Source: Malacoraja senta (taxonomy: Eukaryota). Taken from it: DNA of 64,000 nt. The notes below the pieces were generated by a model. It made no database searches and was not told the DNA's origin. It saw only the letters and a program-made list of their open reading frames with translations. Shown in pieces: positions 25,421 through 39,530 of this stretch. The stretch covers positions 23,314,001-23,378,000 of the forward strand of contig CM075989.1 in the NCBI GenBank assembly GCA_038087875.1. The letters are read 5' to 3'. Both the position numbers and the translations under genes were made by a program. Every line of letters begins with the position of its first letter. Within the stretch, counting starts at the first letter, position 1.

Positions 25421-26205
25421 GACACAAACTGCTGGAGTAGCTCAGCAGGACAGGCAGCAACCCTGGAGAGAAGGAATGGTGGCGTTTCGGGTCGAGAAAC
25501 CCATTCCTTCTCTCCAGAGATGCTGCCTGTCCTGCTGAGTGTGTGTGTCTCTCTGTCTCTCTCTCTCTCTACATACACACACACACACGCACACACATAC
25601 ATACACGCGTACACACACACATGTACACACACACACACACGCCTACTTTACCTGATCAGTTGGTGCTTGTGTGGCAAAAACCAGGAAAGACAAACTCCGA
25701 GACTATTAATACACAATGTTCCTTTCCAAGTGATTGGTAGCTACAAGAAATGACTCAGTGCAGCTCCTCAGGATAGTGAATAAACATGACCAACCACGGG
25801 CAACACTAATCCTGAAAGTTGCAGAGACCTTTGACAATAAGCCAAGGTGCGGTCCCGCCAACCCACAGAGATCTGATAGGAAAAGACTTGCTTTAATCAC
25901 GGTAGACAAAAAGCTGGAGCGAAGGAATGGGTGACGTTTCGGGTCGAGACCGAAGTCCATAGATGCTGCCTCACCCTGCCTCTCCAACTTTTTGTCTACC
26001 TTTGGTTTTTCCAGCACCCGCAGTTCTTTCTTAAACAAAATGCTTTAATCATAGTTCAGAGAGGTAGATTCGCCCAGTTTTATTGTTCTGTAAAGTGCAG
26101 GGTAATTCATTGAATAGGTCAGGAAATATCCGTCACAGATTCATGGGATTTCTGCCAAAAACAGAACGAGCCAAAATACTACCATTTGATTGTAGAAAGG
26201 ATCAT

Positions 26206-26507
26206 AGCGGCACGATGGCGCAGCGGTAGAATTGCTGCCTCACAGCACCAGAGACCCAACTTCGATCCTGACCATGGGTGCTGTCTATACAAAGTTGGTG
26301 CCTTCTCCCTGTGACCATGTGGGTTTTCTCCAGGTGCTCCGCTTTCCCTCCCCACATCCCAAAGACGTGCAGGTTTGTAGGTTAAGTGGCTTCTACAAAT
26401 TGTCCCGGGTGTGTAGGATAGTGTACGGGTGTGATCGATGGTCGGCGTGGACTCGAGGGCCTGGTTTCCATGTTGCATCGCTAAACTAAACTGCTAAACT
26501 AAACTAA
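26206..26507 (+). mobile_element. V-SINE (HE1-like); another copy at about 26890-27187
   Basis: A and B boxes, central domain and (ctaaa)n tail. Confidence 0.85.
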
Positions 26508-29500
26508 ATGATCACAGAGGGTGGCGGGGGCCTGGGTCACATTGCCAGGGGTGGTGGTGGAGGCAGATGATAGTGTTCAAGAGGTTTTTAGATAGCCACT
26601 TGGAAGTGCAGGAATGAGAGGGAAATGGATTATATGCTGGCAGATGAGATCAACTTAACTTGGCATTATTTTCCACACTAATGGTGCGAGTCGACTCTTC
26701 TGTGTTTTATCTCCTGTGCTTGATTCTGTGTCTTTTTCTGCTATACATGAAACAGATCCAATATGACAGGTAGCAGCTGACAAGCACTAGACCCGCTACA
26801 GGTTGAAAACACTCGTGCAGACACTGTGAGAGACAGACAGAGTGTAAGTTTGAGTTGACTCTCTCACCCTATATCAGCACAGTGCAGTACGGTGGCGCTG
26901 CGATAGAGTCGCTGCCCTTACAGCGCCAGAGACTCATGGTCGATCCTAGCTACAGGTGCTGTCTGTACGGAGTTTGTCCGTTCTCCCCGTGTGGGTTTTC
27001 TCCGGGCGCTCCGGTTTCCTCCCACACTACAAAGGCGTATAGGTTTGTAGGTTCATTGGCTTCGGTAAAAACTAAATTATAAATGGTCCCTAGTGTGTAG
27101 GATAGAGCTAGTGTGTGGGGTGATCGCTGGCCGTGGGCCGAGGAACCTGTTACCACGTTGTATCTCTAAAGTCTAAAATCTAAAGTAAACAGCAGAGCCG
27201 ACTGAAAACACACTGATCCGTCAACAGAACGGACAAGTTACTGAATTTCAGACGCAAGCCTGCACAAGAACATATCGTGATCAAGTACACACACGCACAA
27301 TGTCACAACCTCAGAGATTCAGATCTCGTTTTGCTTCTTTTACTCTCTACTCCACTCCCCGCCGCTCCAGTCATCAGTCCCGTCCAATTACATGGATGGT
27401 CACATCCATACATGTGCAGCCACACACGGAAACCATAGAACGTCCACACACGCGGCGCACGAGGCAGTTTTATCGGGTTGCATCACAGTGTGGTCTTGGG
27501 TACAGCTCCATCCAGGACCGCATGAAATCGCATCATTGTGGACGCAGCCCAGACCATCGTCTCCAAGATCACCCCCCTTAACCCGAGACCTCTACGACCT
27601 AAAGGAATGTGTGGTGGGAACGGTGAAGAATAGTCTTCATTAATGAACCATCAACCAGTCATGGCAGCTGCAATGGTTTCATTACGTGAAGACCTAGCTG
27701 CCTTTGTTCAATTCTAACTACTTTTTAATTCTACTTCCCATTGCATCGGACTTCAATGTTATATCTTGCACTAAACGTTGTTCCCTATATCCTGTATCCG
27801 TTGCACTGTGGACGGCTTGATTGTAAGCACGTACAGTCTTTTCGTTTGTGACCATGTATAGTCTTTTAGTTGATTGGCTAACACGCGACAACAAGTTTTT
27901 CACTGTACCTCGTATGCGTGACTAAGCCTGGCAAGTGATAGGTGGATACAGGTGAGGGGGAGGAGGGGCATTTAATAATACGATAAACTAAAATAAACTT
28001 ACCAACTAATTTTCTGATCTTTTTCAGATAGACACAAAATGCCAGAGTAACTCAGCGGGACATGCAGCATCTCTGGAGAGAAGGAATGGGTGACGTTTTG
28101 GGTCGAGATGCTGCCTGTCCCGCTGAGTTACTGATAGTAGTTACTGAGTTATTGATAGTGGAGTGGCTAACTGTCATAGACTTTGCTCAGTAGCTGTGCT
28201 TGTGCATATCAGGTATCGAAAATGATAGCCTGACATCTGACTCACAACAGAAAAAAAACCTCTCTATCATAAACATCACATGCTTTGGGTTTCTTACCAG
28301 GCACGAAACTGCAGTGAGTAATAGGTTGGTTTTCTACAGGTGCTGTCGTAGTCAGTCAAAAACATAAGATGTCTGAGTTTACTTAAAATCACATTTGCCG
28401 AGGTCACTGGTGCCTGGAAAGGGGCGGTAATTCTCTGATAGGAACGTCCCAAGGCAGGTTGCTTTCTGAAACATGATAACACTACTTGGCAAACCCAATC
28501 TAAATTTGCAAACGCAACCTGACCCATCAGGTGTGGCAGCCACGCTTTGAACGATTTTGCATGCCGGAATGCTACATCGTAAACAGCCAGACATTTAGTG
28601 TAATTACAAATGAACAAAGACTGAAGACAAACACTGCAACACCCTCTCTCACTGCTCCCCCTCAGTGATTCCTCCTGCTCCCCGTCACTGCCACCACCGC
28701 GTTTTAACCCAGACTCTCTACCACAGACCCCCACCCCAACAAGTTCCTGGTCCACCAAGACCTGGAGCTCGTCTTCCATTGCCTCTGCCGCCTTGACCTG
28801 AAATGTCACCTATCCATGTTCTCCAGAGATGTTGTCTGACCTGCTGAGTTACTCCAGCACTTTGTGTCCTTTCATGCATTGATCGGCATCTGCAGTTCCT
28901 CGTTTATGCCGATGTTCCTGATTTGGGCAGCTTACTGCCCAACGGTATGAACGTTGAATTCTCTAATATTAGGTAACTAACCTACAAACAACCTCCCTGC
29001 AGTTTCTTCCTACATCTGCAATTTCTTCCTACAACTATCCAACACACACTAGGTTGATTTGTGTGATGGTCTGGGCTGCGTAAACAGTTCTCCGATGAAT
29101 TTGATGCTCCACAAAAACCGGTCGGTCCACTTGAAAGCTTCACCTTACTTTGTCATAAAAGAGATGTGGAAAAGCGATCATGTTTTGGACGATCAAACTG
29201 TGATGATCTTTCTCTCACAGCGATAATCAACCTATTTTATAGCATTTATTCCCACTGAGTCACAGGAACGTGATGGCTTCGGCTTTGGGAAGTGATACAT
29301 TCGAGAAGAAGTCAAGGTCATGTTAATATGATTCACGGCGATGCCATCAGGGTACAAGACTTCAACTGTGATAAGAGGTTTGAGGAGATGTGGTGTTTTA
29401 ACCCAGACTAGAAGCTCAAGAAGGGAACTAAGAAACCTGTTCAGAATTCCAGGTGATTTTTTATAGTTTAGTTTAGAGATACAGCGCGGAAACAGGCCCT

Positions 29501-30479
29501 TCGGCCCACTGAATCTGCGCTGACCAACGATCCCCGCGCACTAATACTATACTACCTGTCCCGCTGAGTTACGCCAGCATTCTGTGTCTATCTTGTTTAA
29601 ACCAGCATCTACAGTTTCTTCCTACAACTATCCCACACACACTAGGTAAAATTTTACATTCATACCAAGCCAATTAACTTACAAACCTGCACGTCTTTGG
29701 AGTGTGGGAGGAAACCGGGGCTCCCAGAGAAAACCCACGCCGGTTACGGGAAAGAACATACAAACTCCGTACAAACTTGTACATTCCCCCCCGTAACCTG
29801 CGTGGGTTTAGTCCGGGATTTCCGGTTTCCTTCCACACTCCAAAGAGGTACAGGTTTGTAGGTTCATCGTCACTAAATACACAACTTTTTTCGACACAAT
29901 ACGACAACAGAAATCTTTGTGACCTTATCTTCTTTGGATTCCGGTGCTTGTCAAAGCTCAGCAGTCTAACTCTCCACTATGTTCACAGTTCCACATAATC
30001 AGGCAGGCAACACGTATTAGAGTAAGATGCAGTGCTGACAAGCCGATAATCACACTGTCAAAGAGAACAGAAAATGAAAACCTTCTGCTGACTTTTGCGT
30101 AGATGAAAAATGTATGTGGAAATTGAGAACATTTATAGCTGTGAAACTGGTCCCAAATTTCCAATCACTGAAGCATGGAATCAGTTTCATAGAAGATAGA
30201 ATATAGAACAGCATAGCGCAAGAACAGGCCTTTCGGCCCACAACATCTGTGCCGAACATGATGCCAACCCAACTCTTATCTGCCTGCACATGGTCCATAT
30301 CCCTCCATTCCCTGCCTGTTCATATCAATTTCAATCTGGAAGGATTAACCATCAATTCTAAAGAAAAATAACTCTTCAAACAATGATGCCACACTAACAA
30401 TGCATTCCCTTTTGAGCTTATATTACATTGGCCACTCCGTCGTATATCTCTCCTTCAGAATTCACAACTTCTTATGCAG

Positions 30480-30818
30480 GAAAAATGTTCCCGATGCTGG
30501 GGGAGTTCCAGAACCAGGGGGTCACAGTTTAAGAATAAGGGGTCGGCCATTTAGGACTGAGATGAGGAAAAACTGTTTCACCCATTGAGTTGTGAATCTG
30601 TGGAATTCTCTGCCACAGAAGGCAGTGGAGGTCGATTCACTGGATGTATTCAAGAGAGAGTTAGATATAGCTCAGGGCTAACGGAATCAAGGGATAAGGG
30701 GAGAAAGCAGGAACGGAGGTATTGATTTTGGATGATCAGCCATGATCATATTGAATGGCGGTGCTGGCTTGAAGGGCCGAATGGTCTACTTCTGCACCTA
30801 TTTTCTATGATTCTATGT
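30480..30818 (+). mobile_element. CR1 3' end, representative copy; similar fragments at about 3965-4180(+), 8980-9278(-), 12625-12830(-), 16312-16655(+), 18860-19295(-), 38305-38835(-), 44390-44550(+), 49269-49590(-), 56965-57141(-) and 63030-64000
   Basis: Encodes GHSLRIRGRPFRTEMRKN and VVNLWNSLPQKAVE, followed by the 3' UTR 'gatcagccatgatcatattgaatggcggtgctgg...gcacctattttctatg' that is shared with the RT-bearing copy at 45192-46750. Confidence 0.85.
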
Positions 30819-33712
30819 TTATGGAGTTATGAACCCAGGGGAACATAAAAGGAGATCCCAACTTTTTCTCATGTCAGTCTCTCTGCATGAATTTTTTGCC
30901 CCAGGTTACTTGCATTGATTGAAGATTGGTTCCATACAGCTTTACAATTCGAAGGTGCTTTCATCTCACTTTCTCTATTCCTCCATACTTTGTGTGTTTG
31001 CTTTTTTCGTTTGGTTACAGGTAACTGCACTTCATCAATTCCTGGATCACCTCTGCCAGCCTCATGGGAACCCTGACCATGGTGGGGAATGGCAATCAGG
31101 AATATTAAACTCCTTGTACCATCTCATAAGGTCATAAGGACTAGGAGTAGAATTAGGCCATTCGGCCCATCAAGTTTACTCCGCCATTCAATCAATGCTG
31201 ATCTATCTCTCCCTCCTAACCCCATTCTCCTGCCTTCTCCCCATGACCCCCGACACCCGTACTAATCTCGATGCATCGAACAGTGCAACACTGGAACAGG
31301 CCCTTTAGCCCAACTCTTGTCGATTAGAGTTTGATGCGCAAGAAGGAACTGCAGGTGCTGGTTTAAACCGAAGATAGACACAAAAAGCTGGAGTAACGCA
31401 GCGGGACAGGCAGCAACTCTGGAGAGAAGGAAAGTTGCTTCAGTGAGCTGGAGTTGAAGAAACCCAATGTCTGTGGGTTCCTGCCACACACCGTGAACTT
31501 TGCTAGATTATATCTCAGGGAGAGGAACAAGCCACCCTTGCCTTTAGATGAGGCCTCTGTCGTTGAGGTGGGGTCGGATAGGGAAAGAAGAGTATCGACC
31601 CGAAACGTCACCCATTCCTTCTCTTCAGAGATGCTGCCTGTCCGCCGAGTTACTCCAGCATTTTGAGTCTATCTTCTGCTTTTAGATGACACAGGTCCCA
31701 TTAAGTAATTGACTTAATTCCCTTAGGCAAATGAAGGATGCACAAGTTGTTATTTTACTGGTATTGGCCAGATCCCAAGTCTTTTTTGAAAAGCTGCTTG
31801 ACATGTGCACAATTTGTTTTGTTAACAGGAAGTGAATGCGCTGCTATTTTTGCTGAGTGGAAGAGTAATATTGGAATTTAGAAATCTCATTAAAAAACAT
31901 GACAACCAGGCATTCTTGCAAGAGTCCTGATTCTTATTAGCCCTGAGCCCTGATAACGTAGTCTACAGATTAGAAAGTAGCAAAAGAAATATTGCTACTT
32001 ACGAGCTCGGGAGCGAGTTTAGGAAGGAACTGCAGAAACTGGTTTGCACCGAAGATAGACACAAAGTGCTGGAGCAACTCAGTGGGTCAGTCAGCATCTC
32101 TGGAGAAAATGGATAGGTAACGTTTCGGGTCGAGACCCTTTATCTGACTGAGATATTTTAAAAAGGAGGTAGGTAGGTATAGCAACGCAAAATGCAACAA
32201 GGCAAATGGTAGATGGAGCCGGATAAAGCATCAGCTCAAACGCTCATCATTTATTGGAGCAGAATTAGACCATTTAGTCCATCACATCTACTCCGCCATT
32301 CAATCACGGCTGATCTATCTCTCCCTCTCATCACCATTCTCCTACCTTCGTCCGATAACCCCTGACACCCATACTAATCAAGAATCTGTCAATCTCCATT
32401 GACTTGGTCTCCACAGCCGTCTGTGGCAATGAATTCCACAGATTCACCATCCTCTGACTAAATCAGCCATGGTTATACTGGATGGCTTACAATCTCATCT
32501 ATAATTTCTAAATATCCTGCTATCGTATTCTTTTCAATAGACTAAAGTATTTCTCCACTATAGACACGAGGTAGATCTTTGTTTAAACCCTCTCTCGTTG
32601 TGAACTGCGGCATTACATTATCCACTCTGCAGGGACTGTTCCCCCATCTATAGAATTTTGTAAGATGATTACTAATGCATCCACTGTTGCCATGGTTACC
32701 TCTATTAGAACTCTGGGGATTGATCAGTTTTTGGTCCTATTGACTTCTCCAGAGCTGTTTTTCTCACAAATAACAATTTCCTTTTATTCCTCATTTTCAC
32801 CACACCGGTATTTCCAGGATGTGAATCGTTTCCTCGTCTATAATGTCTGAACCAAAGTCTTTGATAGATCTGGTATTCCTTTATTCTCCCATTACAAATT
32901 CTCCTGTTTCTAACAGTAAGCCACCTTGGTTTACAGCACAGATACAGCATGGAAACGGGCCCTTTGGCTCACCGAGTCCAGTCCGAACATACCTCCATAT
33001 ATCTTCACATTGTCTTTCTCTTCTCACATACCTGGAGTTACTACAACCCACTTTTATTTATAGACTTTACTTTAGGCTTAAGAGATAGTGTGGAAAGGCC
33101 CTTAGGCCCACCGAGTCCACACCGACCAGCGATCATCACCATACCCTAACAGTATCCTACACACTAGGAACAATTTACAGAAGCCAATTAACCTACAAAC
33201 CTGCACATCTTGCATGATACTCAATCTAGCTTTCCTTTGCATGGGAGGAAACCGGAGGAAACCAACGTGGTCACGGGGAAAACGTACAAACTCCGTTCAG
33301 GCAGCACCCGTAGTCAGGATTGAACCGGGGTCTCTGCCGCTGTGAGGAACCAACTCTACTGCTGCGCCACCGTGCAGCCCTGAAGTAATGGCAAGTATAT
33401 TATACCCATTTATATCTACTGTCATTATTAGCTGAAAGTAAGGCTGAAAGAAACTTCAGTGTTGATTATTATGGAGAAACAATTATGAAAATAAATTAAA
33501 TGCTGAACCAAGTAGGCAAACCCAATAATTCAAATAATCAATCACAAACTGCTTTTAGCAAATACATATTGGCGTTTCTTGATTAATTAAACCTTTACAC
33601 ATGTACAACACACCAACAGAAAGTAAATCAAGGGAGATTCTGCACAAACTATTTATTAATATAGTTCTGAAATACATCCCATATTAAATTAGCTTTAGGG
33701 CTGTTCAGATGT

Positions 33713-34020
33713 TTAGTTCAGTTTAGAGATAGAGCAGAAACAGGCCCTTCAGCCCACCGAGTCTACGCTGACCTTTGTTCACTCTGTACACTAGCACTAT
33801 CCTTTACACTACTAACAATTTACAATTTTACCAAAGCCAATTAACCTACAAACCTGTACATCTTCAGAGTGCGGGAGGAAACCAGAGCGCCCGGAGAAAA
33901 CCCACGAGGTCACAGGGAGAAGGTGCAAACTCCGTACAGACATCACCCTTGGTCAGGATCGAACCCAGGTCTCTGGTGCTGTGAGGCAGCAACTCCACCG
34001 CTGCGTCACCGGGCCACCCC
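33713..34020 (-). mobile_element. V-SINE (HE1-like); further full or partial copies at about 10430-10590, 19603-19830, 20661-20945, 29464-29775, 33070-33380, 48630-48811, 58778-58978 (-) and 41740-41890, 53660-53865, 61723-62010 (+)
   Basis: Same head, central domain and tail consensus as 8400-8700. Confidence 0.85.
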
Positions 34021-34344
34021 TTGAATGGGCTTCTGTGCTTAATTCAGATATAGTTTGTTATTCCTTTTGGCATCGCTGACAGTGACAACAACTCCGGCCC
34101 ATCTTGTGATAGCAAGGAAAAGCATGAAGAAACTCAGCTTAAGAATAGTTCAGCAAGAAAGGCACGACTGAAAAGCAAGAGTCCTTTGCTGGCCGACAGT
34201 AACGGGGGTAACACAGAGTATTGAGGATATCAAATCATGTGGAGACAGGAAGCAGTATAAATCAGCTTATCAGTTCAACAAAGATTAAAGAACAGTAAAG
34301 AAATAAGCAATCAGGAATCTCTGGAGTCAGGCTGGTCAGAGAAC

Positions 34345-34503
34345 TAGGATGGGGGAGGGATGGAGAGAGAGGATAACCCATGGGGTACTTGAAGTTGGAG
34401 GTCGATATTCATACCGCTGGGGTGTAACCTGCCCAAGTGAAATGTGAGGTCCTGCTCCTCCAATTTGCATTGGGCCTCATCTGACAGTGGAGGAGGCCCA
34501 GGG
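34345..34503 (-). mobile_element. Penelope-like GIY-YIG C-terminal fragment; similar at about 2625-2740(-), 28920-28978(+) and 55880-56247(+)
   Basis: ORF 34344-34586 contains CKLEEQDLTFHLGRLHPSGMNIDL. Confidence 0.7.
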
Positions 34504-34889
34504 CAGTAATCGTGTGTAGGCTTTGCACTGACTGGATAGCACCCAACAAAACAAAGCTTTTCACTGTACCTTGGTACATGTGGCATTAATAAGCTAAACT
34601 ATTCTCCACCCACTACATGCTTTTCAGCATTAACCGACTTTTATTGGGGACATACTTGTAGTATCTGTTTCTTTGCTGCCTTAAATAGATGTTGATTGTG
34701 AATCGACAATGTTAGTGGTTTAACAAGGTGTTGTTATTTTCACACCACGTCTTGGATCCGTTGAATGATGCTCTGCTGACAATATTTACGATTAAAAATA
34801 TCCTGAAAGTTAACCCAGCCCAAAACATTGGCGTACACCCCAAAGTGCATTCATCACCACCGTGAGTTTCTTCCTTGTACCAGCCTGTA

Positions 34890-35145
34890 CATCCAGGTTC
34901 AGGAACAGCTACTTCCCCACAGCCATCAGGCTATTAAACATGACATCAAACAAGCTCTGAACAATAACAGTCTATTATAGCACTTTATCTGTTTATTTAT
35001 TGTGTATATGTATGGTCTATAGTCTATAGACACACTGAACTTTTACCTGCCGTTCTGTATTATGTTTACATATTCTGTCGTGCTGCAGCAAGTAAGAATT
35101 TAATTGTCCTATCTGGGACACATGACAATAAAACTCTTGACTTGT
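34890..35145 (+). mobile_element. Rex1/Babar-like LINE 3' end; same family reversed at 1-140
   Basis: Encodes SRFRNSYFPTAIRLLN, followed by a UTR ending 'catgacaataaaactcttgacttg'. Confidence 0.65.
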
Positions 35146-37957
35146 TGACATTTGAGCAAACTATAAAGATTAAAGCAACAGTTTGGGGAGCAAAGAATTT
35201 GAATCTGTGGGTTTTAAGAGTTTATTTAATCGTCAAAGGAATGCCTCAATGTTGCTGGAAAATAGTTTTGTATATCTTGTCAGAACTCACACACAGTGGA
35301 TTGACACAGCAGTCTACGCAGGTCTTGAGTCTGAGGAAGGGTTCCGACCCAAAACGTCACCCATTTCTTTTCTCCACAAAGGCTGCCTGACCCACTGAGT
35401 TACTCCAGCACTTTGTGTCCACCTTCAGTTTTTAGCCAGTTTCAGTTAGATTTATGGTAGACAAAAATGCTGGAGAAACTCAGCGGGTGAGGCAGCATCT
35501 ATGGAGCGAAGGAATAAGTGACGTTTATTTTATAGTCACTTGTACCGAGGTACAGTGAAAAGCTTTTGTTGCGTGCCAACCATTCAGTGGAAAGAAAATA
35601 CATGATTACAATCGAACCATTCACAGTGTATAGATACATGATAAGAGAATAATGTTTAGTGCAAGGTAAATACAGTTCGATATAAGATAGTACAAGGGTC
35701 ACCAGTGAGGTGGATAGTAGTTCAGGACCACTCTCTAGTTGTGGCAGGATGCAGTATCTGTAGTTCCTTCTTACACTTGCACAAACTGATTAATACTGAA
35801 TCTCTGTCACACAATACCAGGCAAATGTTTTTTTCACTATTTTGGCACGGTGTTGTTACAGAATCTGAAACTCATACTAATCTTCTGCTTGCTTAGCGGC
35901 TGAGTGAGATTCAGGCATCTTGATTTCACAATCCACTGTTATCTGCTTTCAATAAAGCACAGAATGCTGGAGTAACTATCTCTGGAGAACATGGATAGGC
36001 GATGGATCCTGACCCGAAATATTGTCTCTCCAAGTTCTCCAGAGATGCTGCCTGGCCCGCTGAGTTACTCCAACACTTTGTGTTTTAATCAAAATCCTAA
36101 CATCTATTCCAGAGTCATTGAGTCATACGGACCAAGCCCTTCGGCCAAGCTTGCCCATGCTGACCAAGATGTCCCATCTACACTAGTCCCATCTGCCTGC
36201 GCCTGGCCCATATCCCGCTAAACTCTTCAAGTTCATTTATCTGCATTAGTCAAGCACAAAGGTGTAGCCTCTTTGGCAGCTGTTTCACACTTGTATCACT
36301 TAAACAATTAGCATCCTCTCTTTCTTGGTAATATCCATCTGTTCTCCTAATGTGTTACGTTGTAGAAAAGCCTCCTGGTATCTTTGAATGTGACACTATA
36401 GGGGTGTGGATGTACTGCAATGTCGTTGGTCAGCATGGACTCGGTGGGCCGAAGGGCCTGTTAACCCTAACCCTAATGAAACCAAACTAAACCAATATAA
36501 ACCAAACCTAAAAAATGAGAAGACACAGTTTCATGATTAAAACTAGCCTTTTTACTGCTAATCCGTTGCAGTTCTATGAAGCGGTTTGGACCAGAGCCCG
36601 GAGATGGATTGAAACTAATCCAGCATGTCAGTAAACCCAGAGAAAGAAAATACTTTCCCCACAAACACTGAGTGTTGTCCAGCCATGTAAACCAGTTGCT
36701 ATTCAACAGTGATGACTGAGAGAGACATTGGACAGGCTCATTGAGTGCACGCTAGTGTGTACCAGGAAGCTCTGTGCTTGTGCCAGGCTGGTTGGCCTTC
36801 AGGGAGATCACTGCTGGGGTCATTTTAAGATCGGGACTAATTTAAAGGGCCATGTTGACTGTCCCAATGAGCCTGCTCCCTGGAGCCTGGGTGTAACTTC
36901 GGCACAAGGATCAAAGGATAGACTGAAATAGGAGTCTCTGGCACTAGATCAAGGAACGTTCAATCAGGTGCTCACTATTCTCAAAGCTCCTGAAAAGATG
37001 CGTAGCATAAAGTTGGTTACCATTGTTGCAAAATCAGTTCCAAGGTGTCTAAACTCAGGGTGTGCTTTGGAAATAGCACGGAGGTAGTTGGGGATAAGGT
37101 TCATTAGCGAGATACGTTACTGGGAAAATGAGTAAGCGAGAGGTTCCGGCGTCAATTACACCATGGAAGGCGCTGGTAACTAATGGACTGACTATAGACA
37201 CAAAATGCTGGAGTAACTCAGCGGGACAGGCAGCATCTCTGCAGAACATGGATAGATGACGTTTCAGGTCGGGGCCCATCTTCAGACAAAACCAGCGTTT
37301 TGTGTCATTAGTAAACCAGCATCTGCAGTTTCTTGTTTCTACACTATGACTGAAGTACTCTATCTACGTTAGCTTGGTCCCAAAGCATTGACGGACTGAA
37401 GGACCCCCCCACCCGACAGATCTTATGAGGAAAGTGGTCTCAGTTAACCTTTGAAACCCTCTCCCCCTCACTCCGCACAGACAGCACCCGTAGTCAGGAT
37501 TGAACCCGGGTCTCTTGCGCTGTGAGGCAGCAGCTCTACCCGCTGCGCCACTGTGCAAGAATGACCACCAGATGGGGATTGTCCAATCAGGCGTGGACAA
37601 TAAACGCTGGCGCAGTGAGTTGTGATCCTTAAAAACAAAATAAATAAATAAGACAGCGCAATTTAACGAGCTATCTACAAATAAAACGACACTACAACTT
37701 GGTGAAGAGCTGAGGTACTGCAGTAACTCAGCTTTGATACCACCAGAGTGTGTGCATTGAATCCATTTCAAGCTGGATATTTCTGTCATTCACATGAATG
37801 ATGCAGGGAATGTGATCTCATGAAAGAAGCAACTCCTTTCAAATCATGTGGATGATTAAAACTTCTTTTCACTTCTGTCACAATAGAAAGGCATTGCAGT
37901 TCCACACACTCCACTGACAATCTCGGAGTCATACAGTTGCTTCAATGTGGAATCTAA

Positions 37958-38257
37958 TGGGTCTGTCCTACTTGGTGATTTTTTAGGCAACTGCCGGCGA
38001 CTGTCGTGGTCCTTAGCAGGCCGCCGAAAAACCGGCGACAACCTACGTCATCCTGGCGACAACCTACGTCAGCACCTACGTCAGGAGAAGTCAAGCTACA
38101 CTCATTGGTGTCAAACCCACTGTCGCCGATTCATAGCGGCGACGCTACAACATTTTGCGCGACTGAGGAGACGACTCCCCGCGACCACCGGCGAACATGT
38201 GGCGACAAACTAGTCGCATATAGTTGGCTAAAAAATCGCCCAAGTGAGACAGGCCCA
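37958..38257. mobile_element. PIF/Harbinger-type MITE, same family as 59777-60175
   Basis: TIRs tgggtctgtcctacttgg and caagtgagacaggccca, flanks TAA and TTA, internal 'caacctacgtcatcc' repeats shared with the 59.9 kb copy. Confidence 0.75.
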
Positions 38258-39171
38258 TTACTCCTCCTTGGGCTTCTGAAAATTACAGAAACAAACCCCA
38301 ATCGGTCATAAGGTCTTAGGAATACGAGTAGAATTAGGCCATTCGACCCATCTAGTCTACCCAGCCATTCAATCATGGCTTATCTATCTCTTCCTCCTAA
38401 CCCCATTCTCCTGCCTTCTCCCCATACCTGTACTAATCAAGAATCTATCTATCTCTGTCTAAAAAATATCCACTGACTTGGCCTCCACAGCGCAGAGGAA
38501 GAACAAAGTGGGAAGAGACAGAGACTTTAAGACTTTTGCCTCCATCACAGTGAGGAGGTGCCTGGTGAACTCACTGTGGTGGATGTTAATTTGTGTTTAT
38601 TGTGTGTTTTGGTATTTATTATTATATGTATGACTGCAGGCAATGAAATTTCGTTCAGACCGAAAGGTCTGAATGACAAATAAAGGAATCTCTAATCTCT
38701 CTAATCTCTAATCTCCACAGATTCACCACCCTCTGACTAAATAAATTCCTCCTCATCTCCTTTCTAAAAGAACGTCCTTTAATTCTGAGGCTGCGACCTC
38801 TAGTCCTAGACTCTCCCACTGGTGGAAACATCCTCTCTGGTCAACAAACCCAAACAAACCAAAGATGGGTCTCGACCCGAAACATCACCCATTCCTTCTA
38901 TCCAGAGATGCTGCCTGTCCCACTGAGTTACTCCAGCATTTTGTGTCTATTTCCAATCAGCCAACATCCTCTCCCTCCCCCCATCCCCCCACACACCAGA
39001 CCCCCAAAAGTAAGCTGCAAAGTGAAAGCCCCTGCTTGTGTGTCCGACTTCATCACACACACACAACCAAACCGCATTTAAACTGAGAGGTGCGGTGGAA
39101 ACTCGAAGATTAAAGTAGAGGTATTGCCTCTTGAATCTGAGCAAGTTCATCCACAGACTCCAAACTGTGGG

Positions 39172-39530
39172 GCTAAACGCAAATTGGAGGAACAACATCT
39201 CATATTTCGCTTGGGCCACTTGGTACGTGGCTATGTGGTATGAAGATTGATTTCTCTCACTTCAGGAAGCCTCGGCATTCCCTCTCTCTCTATCCCTCGG
39301 CATTCCCTCTCTCTCTATCCCTCCCCCACCCAAGTCGCACCAGCTTCTCGTTTTCACCCAACAAACAGCTAACAGTGGCCTGTTTCCTTTATCATCGTTA
39401 CTTTTTTACATATCTTTCATTCATTGTTCTTTATCTCTCGACACCAACGTCTATATCTCTAATTTCCCTTATCCCTAACCAGTCTGAAGAAGGGTCTCGA
39501 CCCGAAACATCACCCAATCCTTCTCTCCAC
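39172..39530 (+). mobile_element. Penelope-like element 3' fragment: end of GIY-YIG endonuclease, pyrimidine-rich UTR and hammerhead-like motif
   Basis: Translates AKRKLEEQHLIFRLGHL...GMKIDFSHF, which resembles the E-x-x-W/H-I-x-x-L-x(3)-P-x-G-L/M-N C-terminus of PLE GIY-YIG domains. It runs contiguously into 'agtctgaagaagggtctcgacccgaaac' at 39481. Confidence 0.75.

Noticed and set aside
36733..36875. 11-bp inverted repeat caggctcattg / caatgagcctg
   Set aside because: Too short, with no TSD or second copy; compatible with chance.
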